64,000 nt of DNA from assembly GCA_051294905.1 (NCBI GenBank), contig CM119373.1, positions 1,614,001-1,678,000 of the forward strand, given 5' to 3'. The stretch's first letter is position 1. Each line of letters begins with the position of its first letter. The position numbers and the translations under genes are program-made. Source of the DNA: Botryllus schlosseri. Lineage: Eukaryota. The notes beneath the pieces were generated by a model. It saw nothing but the letters and a program-made list of their open reading frames with translations. It did not search any database and was not told where the DNA came from. Positions 48,045 to 62,634 of the stretch are shown here, piece by piece.

Positions 48045-48717
48045 CAGTGTTTCCCAACCGGGGGGGAATTCCCCCCTTGGGGGGAATTTTTAAATTTTCA
48101 GGGGGGAATCTGGCTTTGGCATTGTATCGGAAAATACACTGGGTTCTCAAGGTTTTTAGATTTTCATTGTGTAGAACTGTTGAGTAGAAATTAATTCTTA
48201 AGAATTGTATGTTTCTTTGGCGAATTTCAAGCTAGGTGTATGTTTAAATGCCTCCCGTAGATATTACACCCCCTGATAAAGTGAGGCTAATTCGTTGGGC
48301 CCGCGACAGCCTCTCGACCAAATTACTACTATGCAGGAAAATGTCAAGCCGAAATCAGCAAGAACGCCGCTAGTGAAATTGTTTAACTTTTTAGGCCAAC
48401 ACATGAGCTAACGTGAAAAACACACCAAATTCATCGATTCAACTCAAGTCCATAGCAAGCGGACTTGTTGATTTATTTTTCGTCAGTGGCTACATAACCG
48501 GTCAAATTTAACTGCACTTTACCAAAGTTTAAAGTGCGGTCCGCAAACGACATAGTTCGGACATATCTGAATATGTTTGGCCATTATTTGCTCAGTCAAC
48601 AAATGGTTGCGCGTTAAAAAGCATATTTTTTAGTCACAGGCAACTTTTTCATAGGGGGGAGTTTTAGCTGAAATATCGGCCAAGGGGGCACGAGACGAAA
48701 ATGGTTGGGAACCACTG
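48045..48717. mobile_element. hAT MITE
   Basis: TIRs CAGTGTTTCCCAACC / GGTTGGGAACCACTG; flanks ATCTAGCA / ACTAGCA (TSD with 1-nt deletion). Confidence 0.8.
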
Positions 48718-51700
48718 ACTAGCATCTCACTTGAAGTTATTTAGTGGATAAAGCAGGATAAAATGGATTTCGTGGCGAGGTTTCAATTCTTTCATTGGGA
48801 CAGATTAGGAAAATCATCCCCGTGTGCCTGTATATATGACGCGATGGATTAGTAAATGCCCAACAGCCAGCAAACAACACGAAACTTTCGACAATTTCTT
48901 GCTTGCGGTTATTCTAATTAATGCCGTGGTTTTCAACTGGGGTGCCGATTGGACTGCGGAGGAATGAAGCAATATCATTTGATAATTATGGTTACCGTCG
49001 ACATATAAGAAAAACTAAGTAGGTTTGAGAAGTGTTGTTCTTCAGTCAGCACCACTAAATATGGAGCTGAACCAGCTTTCTGAATCTTGCTCTTATGGTA
49101 CCCCGAAAAGCTGCATTGACGCAGACTATTTTTCGTTCTGAAGAGGTGCCTGTGGGTAAAAAGGTCAAGGACCCCTGAGCTAAATACATGCAAGCAATAT
49201 TACCGTGATATCGACATTGAGAGCTCCCTTCCGTGACGCACGACGTGTAGCAAATTATTACGGACTTGCAGTTCTGTACGATACCGTGGTAACAAACCGT
49301 TTGACTCGACTATTTATCCAGAAAAAATTTGAATCCCTATCAACGGTATATTTGATACGATTAGTTGTCGCTGAGTCATCCAGAAGTGTTTTTTTATTTG
49401 TTTGTATGATATTGTATGCGAACTTTTCACTTGTCGCTGAATCGATAAGATCGTCCATGACAGTGCTTTTCAATCTTTTTTGAACTTCATTCGCATTTTT
49501 GTTGTAAAATAAATTTCATTCGCACACACTAATCGAAAATTGCTATGCAAAAAGAAGATGAAGATACTTAACAACATTTTTTCAGATGTGCAACAAATTG
49601 GTTACTATGTAGATTGCGCTATCAAGTGTCTCATTAAAAAGGCAACATTTTCGCTCGTTTTGATTTCATCTATTTCACTGAAACCCTTCTCGGCCAAACA
49701 AGTTTATACAAGCTTATACTAGTTTATACAAGAACGTCTACCAGTGCTTGGATGGCCAGGTCTTAAAATCTGTTCTATACTCCTATCCAAAATACAGCGT
49801 ACTTTTCGCGATAGAAAAATGCTTGCTGGCAGAAATCTTTTTGAGAGCAGACACAAAGTTCCCGGAGGCTTCAGTTTGTGGAAAGGGTGAAAAAACATCA
49901 TGTTTGTGTTGGAGCTTTTGCCTTATCTCTTGGTAAATAAGGTGCAAAACGATCAAGGATAGTATAGGAACATGACAGCTCGTTACTTTATGATACGTTG
50001 CTCCAGCTTTTTGTCTCGCGCGTGTATACGAGAAAAGCAAATAAACTCACGATACTGTGTGTTCTGCTCTTCATCTCAATCCAACTTAACAGTTAAATAA
50101 CGGTAAGGCAGCTGTAAGACTACCACCAAAATCTGAGTTTTGTGGTATCTCGCGACCCGAGCCTCACACATGAAAACGAATTCATTTTTACTATTTCAGT
50201 TGTTTGCTACGATTTTACGGATATGTATGACATACAGAGCGGTCACACCATAATTTCACCCAACACAGCTCTACAAAGCATGTCTGACGCAACCGAATTC
50301 AAATTAGGGCAAATTAAATTGCTCTGCGTGTCGCTGTTGTAGGCTATTACTGTCTACTCAGATTGCAAGGACGGGACTATTTCGTACCGACAACGGAACA
50401 TATCCATATCGGAAGGTGTGACCATCCAGCATCGGTCAATTTTAGACCGAGGTTTTGTCGCCGCTCATGTTTTTCGCACCGCATGTTATCAGCGGTTTGT
50501 TTGCCAAAACTTTACATTTTCATGTGCCCCGACGCAGAGTAAGTTGGCCCGAAATGAATGAGTCACATAGGCCTGAACTCACTAGTTCATCCCCACGATT
50601 TTCGACCATGTTCTCCAGAGAAACCAGACGGACAAATCATATCAAGAATTCTCATGGGAAAGCCATATTTTCTGCGAATCTCGCTTATTGGCTACAGTAC
50701 CCAACACAGTGGATATGTAAAACGATCGCAGGATTTTTGCAATGAATTAAACAAATATTGCACACATATTAACTGATAGCTCTGGGACCGTGTCGACCCA
50801 AAATTATACCCTTTGCGTCCATACTTTAATCACCCTTGAAGGGGTAAAATTTGCGTTACAGGAATTTACCAATGTGAGTCTGTAATGATGGTATTCTATT
50901 GCCTCTCGCTAATCGAACAGTTATTACGAAAATATGATGATGGTTTAGTGAAAAAAGCAGGGAGTCAATTTGACGTAATTTTTCCAGCCTGTTGCAGGCT
51001 CAGTCGGACGATTAGTGGTGCGTCGTAAGTTAAACAAGTTTTTACAATTGCTTCGCCACTGCAAAAGTTACACTGACCTTAAATTTCCAATTAGTTTTAT
51101 TTGAATTATTTCACGTCAGAAAAATTAACAATTATATTCACGATTCTCATTCCCACTTGATCTGGATTTCCATTCGCCCTATTCGCACCACCTTCGCCAT
51201 TCGCACTGATTTTTTTTTTCGTTCCGCACAAGTGTGAACCGTTGAAAAGCACTGGTCCATGGTAAACGCAATAAGACGAACTAAAATCTGAAATTTACAT
51301 TACCGGCAGAACTTGTTGTATGCAATCCGTCACTGGGATATTTGTTGTTTGATACGAAAACGTCAACTAAAATTCATGACAACTATAATTTATGAATGAC
51401 AAATCTCTGTGTGGCTTGGCAATAATTACCAGAGACATCCATATATGTTGGTGTAGGCATTAGACCTAATAAGGAAAGACTCATGGCTTTGGAGAATTGC
51501 ATTTGTGAATTTGATGGTTCAGGTTTTCATGCGGCGTTCTTGCGTCAGCTTGTCATCCGTCTGACATATTTTGCGAGACCACAAATTCTCGCCCAATACT
51601 GTATCTCTGAATATGATTGCGTCACCGAATGTAGATTGCATGCAGCTCGATAGAAATCAGAAATGCCAATCATACCGCACTGAACGAGGTAATGAATTAT

Positions 51701-54700
51701 TTAGTAAAAATCCTGAAATATTGTTTCTATGTGTCTTCTGCGATGTGTACTTATTGGATGGTTTCAAACGGCAATGGCATTTAGCATTTCTATCGACGTA
51801 TGCAGTATTCCACAAACTTGCTATTGCATCACATGGCACGTGAAAGATATCGTGCTCTAATAGGGTCGACCGCGATATTTCTTGGGGATAAAAGGGGGGT
51901 ATTGGTTTCTGTTCGCGACAACATTAATAAAGTTTGTAATAAAGGAATAAAGTCGCGCAGAACAAGATTGATATCGTTGGTCGTTGATATTCTGCTCTGG
52001 TCCGAGTCCGAACCGATTTCCAGTTCTTCGTGTTTTTTTTGTCCAAAAGAGGTACGAGATAAGTAGCAATCTAAATAATTGTTACATTTCAACAGTTTTA
52101 TGAAAGTATAAGTGCACTTTTCATATGAGTTTAGTACAGAATGGTGTATATTTATATCAATGCATATACGCTATTCCATATCAATATTGAATTTTATTCA
52201 CTCACCGACATGCCATGTTCTACAGCACACGCTACTAAAAATAATGCTCGATTTCTTTATAGCAGAGGTCTCAGACTCAAATGTGCTCGCGGGCCAGTTT
52301 CCTACTTATTGATGGCGCCGCCGGCCACAGTAATGAGGGAATTCAATGTATTTCCAAGTAGGCCTTATTTGACGGGACCTTGCAGACTGACATTGCAAAC
52401 GCATCGTAACAATCTGATTTACCATTGTGAGTTCACGCCTGGCTCGGAAAAAATAACATTTTTAGATATTTGAATAAAAGTGTTACTGTACTTGGCATAG
52501 TTTGTCAAAACAATTAGTTGTAGAGTAGACACTATATGCGAGAGTACAAATGCATCAGGACATCGCAAAAGCTGTCAACGTTGTAATTTTGCAGCTAGCG
52601 GGCACTTGACGTGCCACAATTATAGGTAGAATTTTACAAAGATTAGTCTGATATTGGAGCAGCACGGCCTTATCCAGATCTCGGGTATACTCCTGATACC
52701 TATAGGCTATTGATCATGTCATTATCAAAGACAAATTAAATCAGCGTTAGATTTACTGTCGGATATTTGAACAGATCAATAACAACTTGAATATAATGAT
52801 TAGATTGATTACTGTACCATAGTAATGTCCAATCACCGAAGAATCCATTGTGTTACAGCTGTGAAGCGAGGCTACGAGTAGTTTATACTCGCACATATTT
52901 ACTTGGCGATATTAACATTGACAAAGATACCCAAGATGGCACAGGATGTAGCCAATTATACATCGAGAGGGCAACGCCATGTCAATGGTTGCCATTATGA
53001 CCTGCTTAGATATCTAAATAATCTACGAATATTTTACTATATTTCGTACCAGTTTGATAGTTCGCTGCGTCCGTGGTTGTACCAAGTCACGGCGTCCCGC
53101 GTCACAAAAGTCCTCCTATGATTGTATCTTTTGACGCCACTCAACTCGAGTCATTTTTATTTTATCACCAATTGATTCCAAGTTTGAGTAATGCTACAGA
53201 AGGTTGCGCACAAGTCCAAATCACAATTTTCAGTAGGCCTACGAATCAGCAACGGGTCAGTTTTAACCATCATAAACAAGTAATGTCACGTAAAATAGGC
53301 AATCTTCCACTGCGTCGTAACTTATGAAAGTGATATAATAGTAGCCTACAGTTTGATTAGTAGTTTCTGGCTTCTGGGGTACTATTATAGCGAGTTTTAA
53401 TTTCTCAAATTAAAAAAAATGGTAGGTAAATATTGTAGAATACTTCGAAATCCAAAATGCCGTCGCGGGCCGCACAAAATTGTCTCGCGGGCCGCGTGTA
53501 ATGTTACCTTTTCAATGTGGTCATAGGGTCGCGAACCTTGATTCCGGTAATCAGGTCCTATAACAATAGGGTTATCATATTTCGGAATCTGGAAAAGAGG
53601 AAGCCCTTTACAAATCATAAAAGCCGGATTACTGGACTAGAAAACTGCTGATTCTTGAATTTGTACTAAAAATCGTGTGTTGACTAAAAAAAGGTCACTT
53701 TTCCTACTCGACTCCAGAATTACTCACTTTTTAAGGATATACTGTTGACTAAAAAAAGGACACCTTACCGATTCCACTCCTGGAAAACCCCCTTTTTACC
53801 GGCATTGGGACTGATCTCCCATAAAGAGGTCATTTAGGCGACCTCGAAGGACATATTGTAATCTTATATACCAACCGTGTATGAACAGCTCGTGTACATT
53901 GTATTGTATATAGGCTTCTAGTTTAACATCTCTATAAATTCTACTGTAATGTAGGAATAGATCAACTATCGGAGCCCTTAGCGCACGATTGTGGTCGCTG
54001 GTAATTAGGTAACTGCGATGCGAAAATTCGGGACTGGCGTCACATGAGAGAAAGCTTGGTTTCACGTCTCTATTTACGGTAGTAGATCACAAAACGAATG
54101 CGCAATGCGCACTATGAGATTCGCTTCACGTTGACAAGCTACGTAGTTCGGTACGCTGTGCTTGTTGGGCCGCGGATATATTCGTGCTGTGAAGACATAA
54201 TAAACGCGCTGCATGGTGGACGAAGTCGGTCCAAAACTCATGTCCAGTTTCCGATCGATTAAATGTTCGCCGATACTATCGTATCGATATTAAACTTTGA
54301 AAGAAACATCGGTATCGGCCACGAAAGGAAAAGTATCGGCAATTTCCATCATATTACGACATGGTAATAGGGAGTCAGAGAATTACAATCTGTGACCGTT
54401 ACACTTGGAATATTGATCTGATTCTTGCAGATTACAGGCAGAAGTGATATAAGCAGTCATCGCTGATGCACAAGTGAAAGTAGAAGTAACGTCGTGAATT
54501 TTTACTCAAGTACAAGTAGAAAAGGCGATTTCCAAGAAATTACGAAAGTGAGTAGTCAAAGCCTGGACACCGAACAATGTGATGTAGAAGTAGTTTAAAA
54601 TCATAACCACTTGAGTAATAAACCCGAACCAGATTATATCAAGACCAGGCATAGCAATGGCCCTAAAGCAGTTCAATGTTCATATCAACGCTCTTATGTT

Positions 54701-54745
54701 TTGGAAATGTGAATTTATGCTGAATATTATCTGACTATATAGGGG

Positions 54746-55075
54746 TAATAATAATAATAATATAATAATTCATAGAGCGCCGAATACAACAATATATCAT
54801 TATTGCACTAGGGCGCTGTACATAAAAGGCAATAAAATATAAAACGATATGTATAAAAGACGAAGTGCATAGTTGTCGGGCGGAATGAACACTACTCTCG
54901 AACGCTCGTGTGAATAAAACGGTCTTGATTTTGCGTTTGAAAACATATAGCGAGTCGCATAGTCCGATAGAAATTGGAAGATTGTTTCACAGAATGGCGG
55001 CCGAGGAAGAAAAGGTTCTCTCGCCGTAGGTCGATGTTCTGACTCTTGGAACTGAAAAAAGCTTTTGCGACTACA
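54746..55075 (-). mobile_element. L2-clade LINE 3' end
   Basis: Minus strand LFSVPRVRTSTYGERTFSSSAAIL*NNLPISI..CDSLYVFKRKIKTVLFTRAF (L2/CR1 ORF2 C-terminus), 3' UTR TGTACAGCGCC...GGCGCTCTAT and (TAT)n tail. Confidence 0.8.
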
Positions 55076-57554
55076 AGTCTGTAAATACGGAATCAAAAAT
55101 TGGCCTGGCGTAACATGACCAATGTAGTCGAAACACCATGCTTATCAAAAACAAACAAACGCAGAGTAACTCGTATTGTTTGACTAAACATGCTTCTCCG
55201 GAATTCAAACAATCCGACGCACAAATCAAACGACCAATCGGGTAAATCGTGCTTACATAAAGTTACTAATTTACAATTACGAATTTACGCAACCGTTACT
55301 ACGTGGCGGCAAATACGCTATTCTCATAGTTCAGTCAACTGCTCAACATATAGCAACTGCGACATGTAGCATCTGTATATAGTTTGTACTTAGTTCGAGA
55401 TATGATTAGAAGTCGGTTGTATAAAGTTCATTGCGGCCAAGGTCTCAGTCAGTATATGGTTGGATTTGTTAAGTGTTTTGCTGTCAGGATCTAGGTTTAT
55501 TTTATGCGATTTACGGCGCTGGTATAGGTAATACAACTGGAAACAAGCGACAGTCAGACGAGTTTTTAGAGTTATTGTCTCATTCCGAAGACGCGCTCAT
55601 CGTTTCTTGCATAATTGGAGTAGGCTCAGCTCTTTTAAAGGAAAAAACACAGTTATTTTGCCACTTGATCCATAATGGATGGTGAAACTGAATACAATAT
55701 GCATATGTAGCCTAAGGCTTCCCGGTTCGGCTCTGTCACGAGCCACAATACCATAGCTTGAAATATTGGAGATGAATTGGATACACATCAGGCATTGCCC
55801 TACGATACTGCGTGCGAGATTATAATTAGTGATATCAATAGGTGGATAGATGAAGGCTTAAATTAGCGTCAGAATAGGCCACATGAAAAAATACGCTGAC
55901 ATAGACAAATCCGCTGCAAATATCAATTCATGAATGACTGGTGAGGATTCGGAAGTGGCTTCGTTGTCGGCTGCTACGAATACGGATTGATCGTTAACTG
56001 ACTGCTGTTCAGATTCTCCTAATATATTAATTACGACGTAGAGGACCTACTAGTCGTTCCTAGTACGCATAGTATATATCTATGTGCGGCACTTTCGTAT
56101 ACATACCATGGCCTATGCGTAAATGTCCTGTCCGTAGCAGGCAAAGGTTGTCTCAGAATTTTCCTCACAGAACGCTGTGAGGAATGTGTCACATCGTGTT
56201 TAACTGGGTTGTTATACATGTAAATGTATATGTGTATCGGAGTTTTGACATGGGGGAAATGTAGATAGTATTGAATGCATACGCTTTATGCGGCGACAGA
56301 TTTTGGAGCCATAAATCACAACGTTTACAGTACACAGTGTACAGGCTCTCTCTGACAGAAAGTAGTGTTTGTAAGGTTGCATTTAAATCAAAAATCAATT
56401 TAAAACAAACATGTTTGAAACAAGGCCCCAATTTAAAACATGTTTTTTTTAAGCCATGACGTCACGGATATTCAATTATGTTAGGTCATAGGGGATTGAC
56501 ATTGGCAATTGAAAATGTAGGGTAAAATTTCTCCTTTGACGAAATATATGTAATATTGCTAGTGAACCGACTATTTTGAGGGTTCCAGACACAATTTTGT
56601 ATTATAAAGGCCGTTTTTGAAAACACCGTTTGTTTTAAATGCAACCCTAAGTGTTTGGATAGAACCAAATCTCTGATATGGGCAATATTGTGCGAAGTGC
56701 AGTGGCATAACGTCGATAATCGCACTTATTTGCGACGCTGTTGGTGAATCTGCACTCGTTGTGAAGATGCATCTTGCAACTTTCAACGGTGTAAACAACG
56801 ATCGACAAACATAAGATTGTCAAATCTTGTCCCATCTAATTATCTGAAATAAAATAGTCCGAGTAATTGCAATACTTTCGTCTCATACTTCTACTTTCCA
56901 TAAGTAAATAGGCTCAAAAAAGTGTGTATTACTTTTTATTGCACTTTGACATTGTCCTGTGTAATTGTACTATGATCAACTATGTGTCCTACTGACCAGA
57001 TGACTATGTTCAAATAGAAATATGTAGCGGAAAAACAAAATATAATTAGGCTATGCGGTTTAATTAGCGAGCAGATGGATAAACGTTGCAGATGGATAAA
57101 CGTTAACTATTTTTTGTTGTCATTCGAATGTAATCGGCATTAACGAAATGCTTCAATATGACAGGTAACAAGAAAACTAGTTGCTAATCATCAAGCGAAT
57201 ACTACAATCAGAGAAGATATCAAACGGTTTCAATGGCAGTAGGAGGTCATGACCCACGTGGTCAGAAAATCAACCCGTCATCTGAAGGTATTGTCGCTCT
57301 TGAGGTCTTATTGTCACAATTTAGCCGTAGTAGGAAATATAATTCGTATACGAATGTCCGTATTGCAGTCGCTTCTGTTGTACATATCATTTTGAACAGT
57401 ATAGTCATACTGAAATGAACCCGAATATTTTCCGCGGACACTCGTCAGTGGTGGTGGTCGTCAGCAACTAATATGGAATTGGAAAGAGCATTGCATATTG
57501 CAGCAGTATAGGGACTTGACGGCATTCATGTAATAACAAAGTAGCTGACCGATT

Positions 57555-58118
57555 CAGGGTTGTAATGACTCGAGTCACGATTTTCTGACAACTCGACTTG
57601 ACTCGAGTCATTTTCTCAAAATTCTGAAATAACTCGACTCGAGTCAATCTGTGTGTTGACTCGACTTGGACTCGAGTCATTGCGCATGACTCGAACCAAG
57701 TCATATGACTGGAGACCGACATTTCATTGTAATTTCGAGTAATAGTGAAGTAACCGCACTATTGGGATTTCGTCTATTGGTACTGGTACTTGAAAATGCG
57801 ACCAGAAACTGCTAAAAGTGAGGAAAATTAGTATATTATAAAATCGAATCATTCGATATCATAATACAGAGTTATAAAAAAGTGGGTTTAACAAGACTTT
57901 GACTGGAAACTGAGCAGTCAACACAATGACTTAACTCGGTCTCGAGTCATAATACCATGACTCGGACTTGACACTGTTATCGAAGACTTGGCCTCGGACT
58001 TTACTCGGTGGTGAATTGAAAATGACTCGACTTTACTCGAGTCAAAACTATAAAAGTGAGATTGACTTTTGACTTGGACCCATGTGACTTGGAGTTATGT
58101 GACTTGGTTACAACCCTG
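57555..58118. mobile_element. hAT-like MITE with GACTCGAGTC subterminal repeats
   Basis: TIRs CAGGGTTGTAA / TTACAACCCTG; TSD GACCGATT / GACCGATA. Confidence 0.85.
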
Positions 58119-58500
58119 GACCGATATATATTGGGTTACCATTTCTGGCTACATAACCAGGAAATCCTCTACTGAGGTTTGCGAGTTCTTCAATCCCCAG
58201 ATGTTTACTCCAACTCGAAGTATATTTGGAGAGAATAAGACGTCCTTAGGGTAGCGGTTATCAATGAGTCAGCGAGTATTTTTCAGTTCACGCGTTAAGT
58301 AGCATACTCGACAAATGAGAGAATTAAGTCATACTCATGGCATGCATTGCGTAACGATAGCTGGGCTGGACAGTGACATTAAATATCGGGATAATAATCC
58401 TAAGTCCAATTCAAGGTGACACAGTCAACTGCAATATCAACAATCGTATCACGAAATATGACGTCACCAGCATGGAATGAAGTCTCAAATAAAAGAGCTT

Positions 58501-58740
58501 TCAATGTAAAAATTTAAGGTGGTACACGAACTCCTTCTGTATACGAAGCTTGGGCTGATGTATTTTGATAAAGGTCGACTCCAACACACACATATGAAAG
58601 CAAGACCGGCCCCTTCCGACGACGCGGAATATGTCGTCTCGATAACGTTTTGCACATACGCGATTATTCAACAGATGTTTGCCAATGGCAGAGTTTATGG
58701 GCTTTGATGGCTCAGCATCGAGCTTGAGCGGATGAGTCAA
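58501..58740 (-). pseudogene. Penelope-like element GIY-YIG endonuclease C-terminal remnant
   Basis: SAIGKHLLNN..CA..Y....FRVV..GRS.FH..VLES.FIK..QPKL..QKEFV.HL. Confidence 0.75.
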
Positions 58741-58864
58741 GGGCGATCTTTTCACCGAGCGTGATGCACGTGATCTGAAAAATCTAGGGGACATGCTGGT
58801 TTATGAGTTCCTGCAAACGCTGCGACGTTCTATCTACGTGGCCACAATCACAATGGCACTACAT

Positions 58865-61357
58865 CAGACATGGGGTAATCGCGATTAGTAATCGTAATCG
58901 ATTACGACGATTACAGCATTTTCGAGTAATCGTAATCGCAATCGATTACATTCGAAAAAATCCCGAAGTAATCGTAATCGTAATCGACTACTTCCCATAT
59001 TTAATCGATTTCTCTGTGAAAGAACGATTACTTTTTACTTTTGCAAGGACTATGATATAAACTGAACATTCGTGAACAAGGAAGAGATATTATACTGAGT
59101 TCGTGATAGCACAAACGTCTGATTTCCAAACGCCACAGCTCATTATTACGTCAGAAGCAGCTTATTAGCTGTGCGCGTCATTGCGTAAGAAGTATTCACA
59201 CTAAATAGATATTCGATGTACATTGTACATACGTCGCACATTAGTGTCGCTGTAAGAACACCCGTCGTGCTATATATCAGGTTATCAACACGTTCCACAC
59301 ACCACTACCTCGCAGCAGGATAATTTATCTCCACTCTGCCTAGTTTAAAATAGTGACTTATGCTTGATGTTTGGTTATGCTTATGCTCAGTTAAACGCAA
59401 TTTGACCGTCGCTGCTTGGCGAGCAGTAGGCCTATCTAGTACGTACGTACAACAATATTTGAAATTTTGTACTCGTCAAATAAAACATTGCGATTTGCAC
59501 GACGAAGCAGTAAAAATCAACAGCTTGTGATGTATATATATCAAAACCGAGCCGTTTTTGCCGTTTCTCGTAACGGCAGCTTGCAGTACAATATTTGTAT
59601 GAAGTTGAAGGCAGAATTTTATGTTCGCTTCGTCTTATTCTCATATGACTCTACTTGAAACGGGCGCCAATCTTTACCCAACATTGGGACTTGCCGCCAT
59701 GGCCATGGGCCTATATATCATGTTCGCATGGGCTGTAGCTGGAATTAGGATAAAACAGCAGTTCGTCCCCCATAGGGGTGTAATCGCAAGTTGAAGACTG
59801 AATTTCGTCAATAATTGCATTATATTACTATTGATTTTTAATCCTCTCTCGGCCCCCGATGGTCAGATTCACCTATAGAGTTTGTTTATTTGAGGTAATC
59901 TTGGTGTTTGTCGACTACAACGGTCAGTTACACCAGGCCGATTTTCTTCATTTTTGATTCCGTATCTGCCGACTTGTAGCATGGCCCATCTTCTAGGCTT
60001 ATTGTAAGACACCGCTTACGCGGAAGAGGCGGCGAGGAGGAGCCTAGATAAAACTCCAACACTTGGAAAGGATTTCTGAAGTCGACCTCGGTCGGACTCG
60101 AACCCGCAACCGTGGATTATACCACAGCGCTATCTCGCCACAGAATTACCTACGTCGGCTACGTGTAGAGCTGGGGCACGTAATTCATAATTATAACCTC
60201 TGGTATCTTGTTATAATTACTTTAGTGTGTGTTGTTAATTCGTGACCTCCGGTTGTTATATAATGAAACGATATTGTAGTGGCTCAAGCGTAGCAGACTA
60301 GAAGAAAAACTTTCGTGGGACGCACAAACAAATTATCATCTCTTTATATCTGACTGCATATGTCTAGGAACTCAAGTTGTAAATTAACAGGGTCAGTGGC
60401 GACATTAACTACAATAGGACTTGAAAACATTTTCATCATGGGGAAAAAAGCATTCATTCCATCGATGCGGCTGTTGAACTTAACAATCAAGTCAAATGAT
60501 CCATTGGTTTGATGGTCAGATACCTTTGTGAAACGTGTTGCGACACCACCTGCACTTAAATAAGTCTGATTTGAGCAGACTTAAATTTGAGTGACGATCC
60601 AAACGCATTTGAGTGTGAGCATACTTTTTGACGTGAGTTGAGTAACGAAATCGTTGCTGAGCAGAGAATCGCTACTCGACAGCAAAGGAATTGGTCTCCA
60701 CCCTTAATTAAAAACTCCAGATTTCAATCCAAGCAAGTGTAATTTTTGAAAATCAATTTTTTTGTTTGTTCTGAATTGATTTTATAATAGTTTTTTGGAT
60801 TTTCCAACGTCAAGGGGAGCCGCAAGTAGGCTAGCTCAGAGCCGCATCGAGCTCTCAGAGCCGCGGTTGGGAATCACTGATCTAGAGAGGATTTTCAAGT
60901 AAATTAGACCTCTCAAAAATACTCTATAACTTATGTTGGTTTACGAAATACTTTTTGAGTCCCCTTCGAGCTCGCTCCCAACGGTATTGAGAAATTTGGG
61001 GTGCGGTAATTATGGCATGGCAAGATTGCAAACCATTGGGCGCGATAAATTGACCCCTATAAAAATGGGCAATTGGCACATTATGACGTAACAAGCAAAT
61101 GACGCATCTCTTTTAAAGGGAGTTTGTTATATCATTAGGCCTCTTCAGCGCAATCCATATATTGTCTTCCAACATAGCGTCTAAGATGCAAAATAAATGT
61201 AATCGTGAGTAATCGTGATTACTTTTCCAATGTAATCGTAATCGTAATCGACTACTTCCTGATGTTGCTGTAATCGTAATCGTAATCGTAATCGCGTCAT
61301 TCATAAGTAATCGTAATCGCAATCGATTACAATCATAAAGTAATCACCCCATGTCTG
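58865..61357. mobile_element. Non-autonomous hAT-like element with (GTAATC)n subterminal arrays, containing nested SINE and MITE fragments
   Basis: TIRs CAGACATGGGGT / ACCCCATGTCTG; perfect TSD CACTACAT (58857-58864, 61358-61365). Confidence 0.9.
59881..60165 (-). mobile_element. Near full-length tRNA-derived SINE
   Basis: Minus strand TAGCCGACGTAGG (box A-like) and GGTTCGAGTCC (box B); body shared with 32348-32546; A-rich tail; short flanking repeat TAGAG. Confidence 0.8.
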
Positions 61358-62634
61358 CACTACATTACTTTGTTGCAGTGCAGGAAGCACGTCTTTCCGT
61401 GTGAAGGGAGCATATCATTTTATAATGTACAAAATTGACCAAAAGATAAAGTCGTTGCCATATCAGCAATCGTAGCAAGTGCCAAAGTAGCCTACTTATT
61501 CATTCGATTTTCATAGCCTTGCAATTATACCAGCACCAGAGTACATTTGTTTCGGTTCCTTCGCGCCATGATTCGAAGTCCATTGCATTCATCCTTACAC
61601 TGCACAGTGCACACCTTATCTGTTGCCTTTGCTATCTACTTATTCAAACACTGACCTCTCATCAAGTCTGCATACCTATCATTTTGTTTGTTTGATTTTA
61701 TGCCATCATTCGTTTACCAATGATATACATTGGCCACGCACATACAATGTACATCAGTACGAAATTGTGCACACATGAGAAAGCCGGTTGGCGATTGAAA
61801 TAAAGGCTTTGCGTTGACTGTCTGTCACACCACCGTCAATGAAATTTGCTACTGCAATTTCTTGATGGAAAGAACAAATACATTTATCTGTTAAGCGTCA
61901 CGGTGGCTTACAATATTCCTACAAAGTCAATTGTTGGAGTACTTGTCTCAATGTCAGATTAATTATTTCCGTTATTGTCCAACGATCCTACATCGAGATG
62001 GCACTAATCGCGTTTTACCAATCTTCTTTCGAAATATATATCCGCGATCTGAAAATAATGCATGGATACAACGTTGCGTTGAGTTTCCTTATCCAGCTCA
62101 ATTTGAAAAATAATCTCTGGATTTATATTGCCTTTGTAAGTGACTTCATATCTGATAATTACTAATTTACTAGGGAATATTTTCTGTGCGGAGCCTAATC
62201 GTCGTGGTGACGATAATCGTTCTGATTCAGACGACAAATTAGTAGCCGAACGCTTTATATAACCGCGAGTCAGACAAGACTGAACGAAGTTGATTACCGA
62301 TAAATAAATTCCGCCAGCGGTTTTTTTTCGGCAGGCGTGTTCAACCTTATAATCACGGCGGCATTTCACATTGTTTCACAGTTTTACAGCCGCCAGTTAC
62401 GCCCGGGCGGCACCGCATCAGCGCATCCCAAATCTCGCCCAGCCAGTCCCGTATAAACTTTAATGAATACTGCGAAGCTCCGCGTCTTGAACATCTACTG
62501 TTATTATTGCTGCAACCTCGACGCATCTGCATTATTGCAAAATTCCCTAGTATTCGTACATTTCGTAAAAAAACGGGGCATCAGCTACCTATATGGACAT
62601 AAAGGCATTTCGTGACATATTCTAGACTCTAGAG

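Noticed and set aside
49200..50050. Possible hAT transposase relic on minus strand
   Set aside because: Only vague similarity (LLDDS...); no diagnostic motif could be confirmed by eye.
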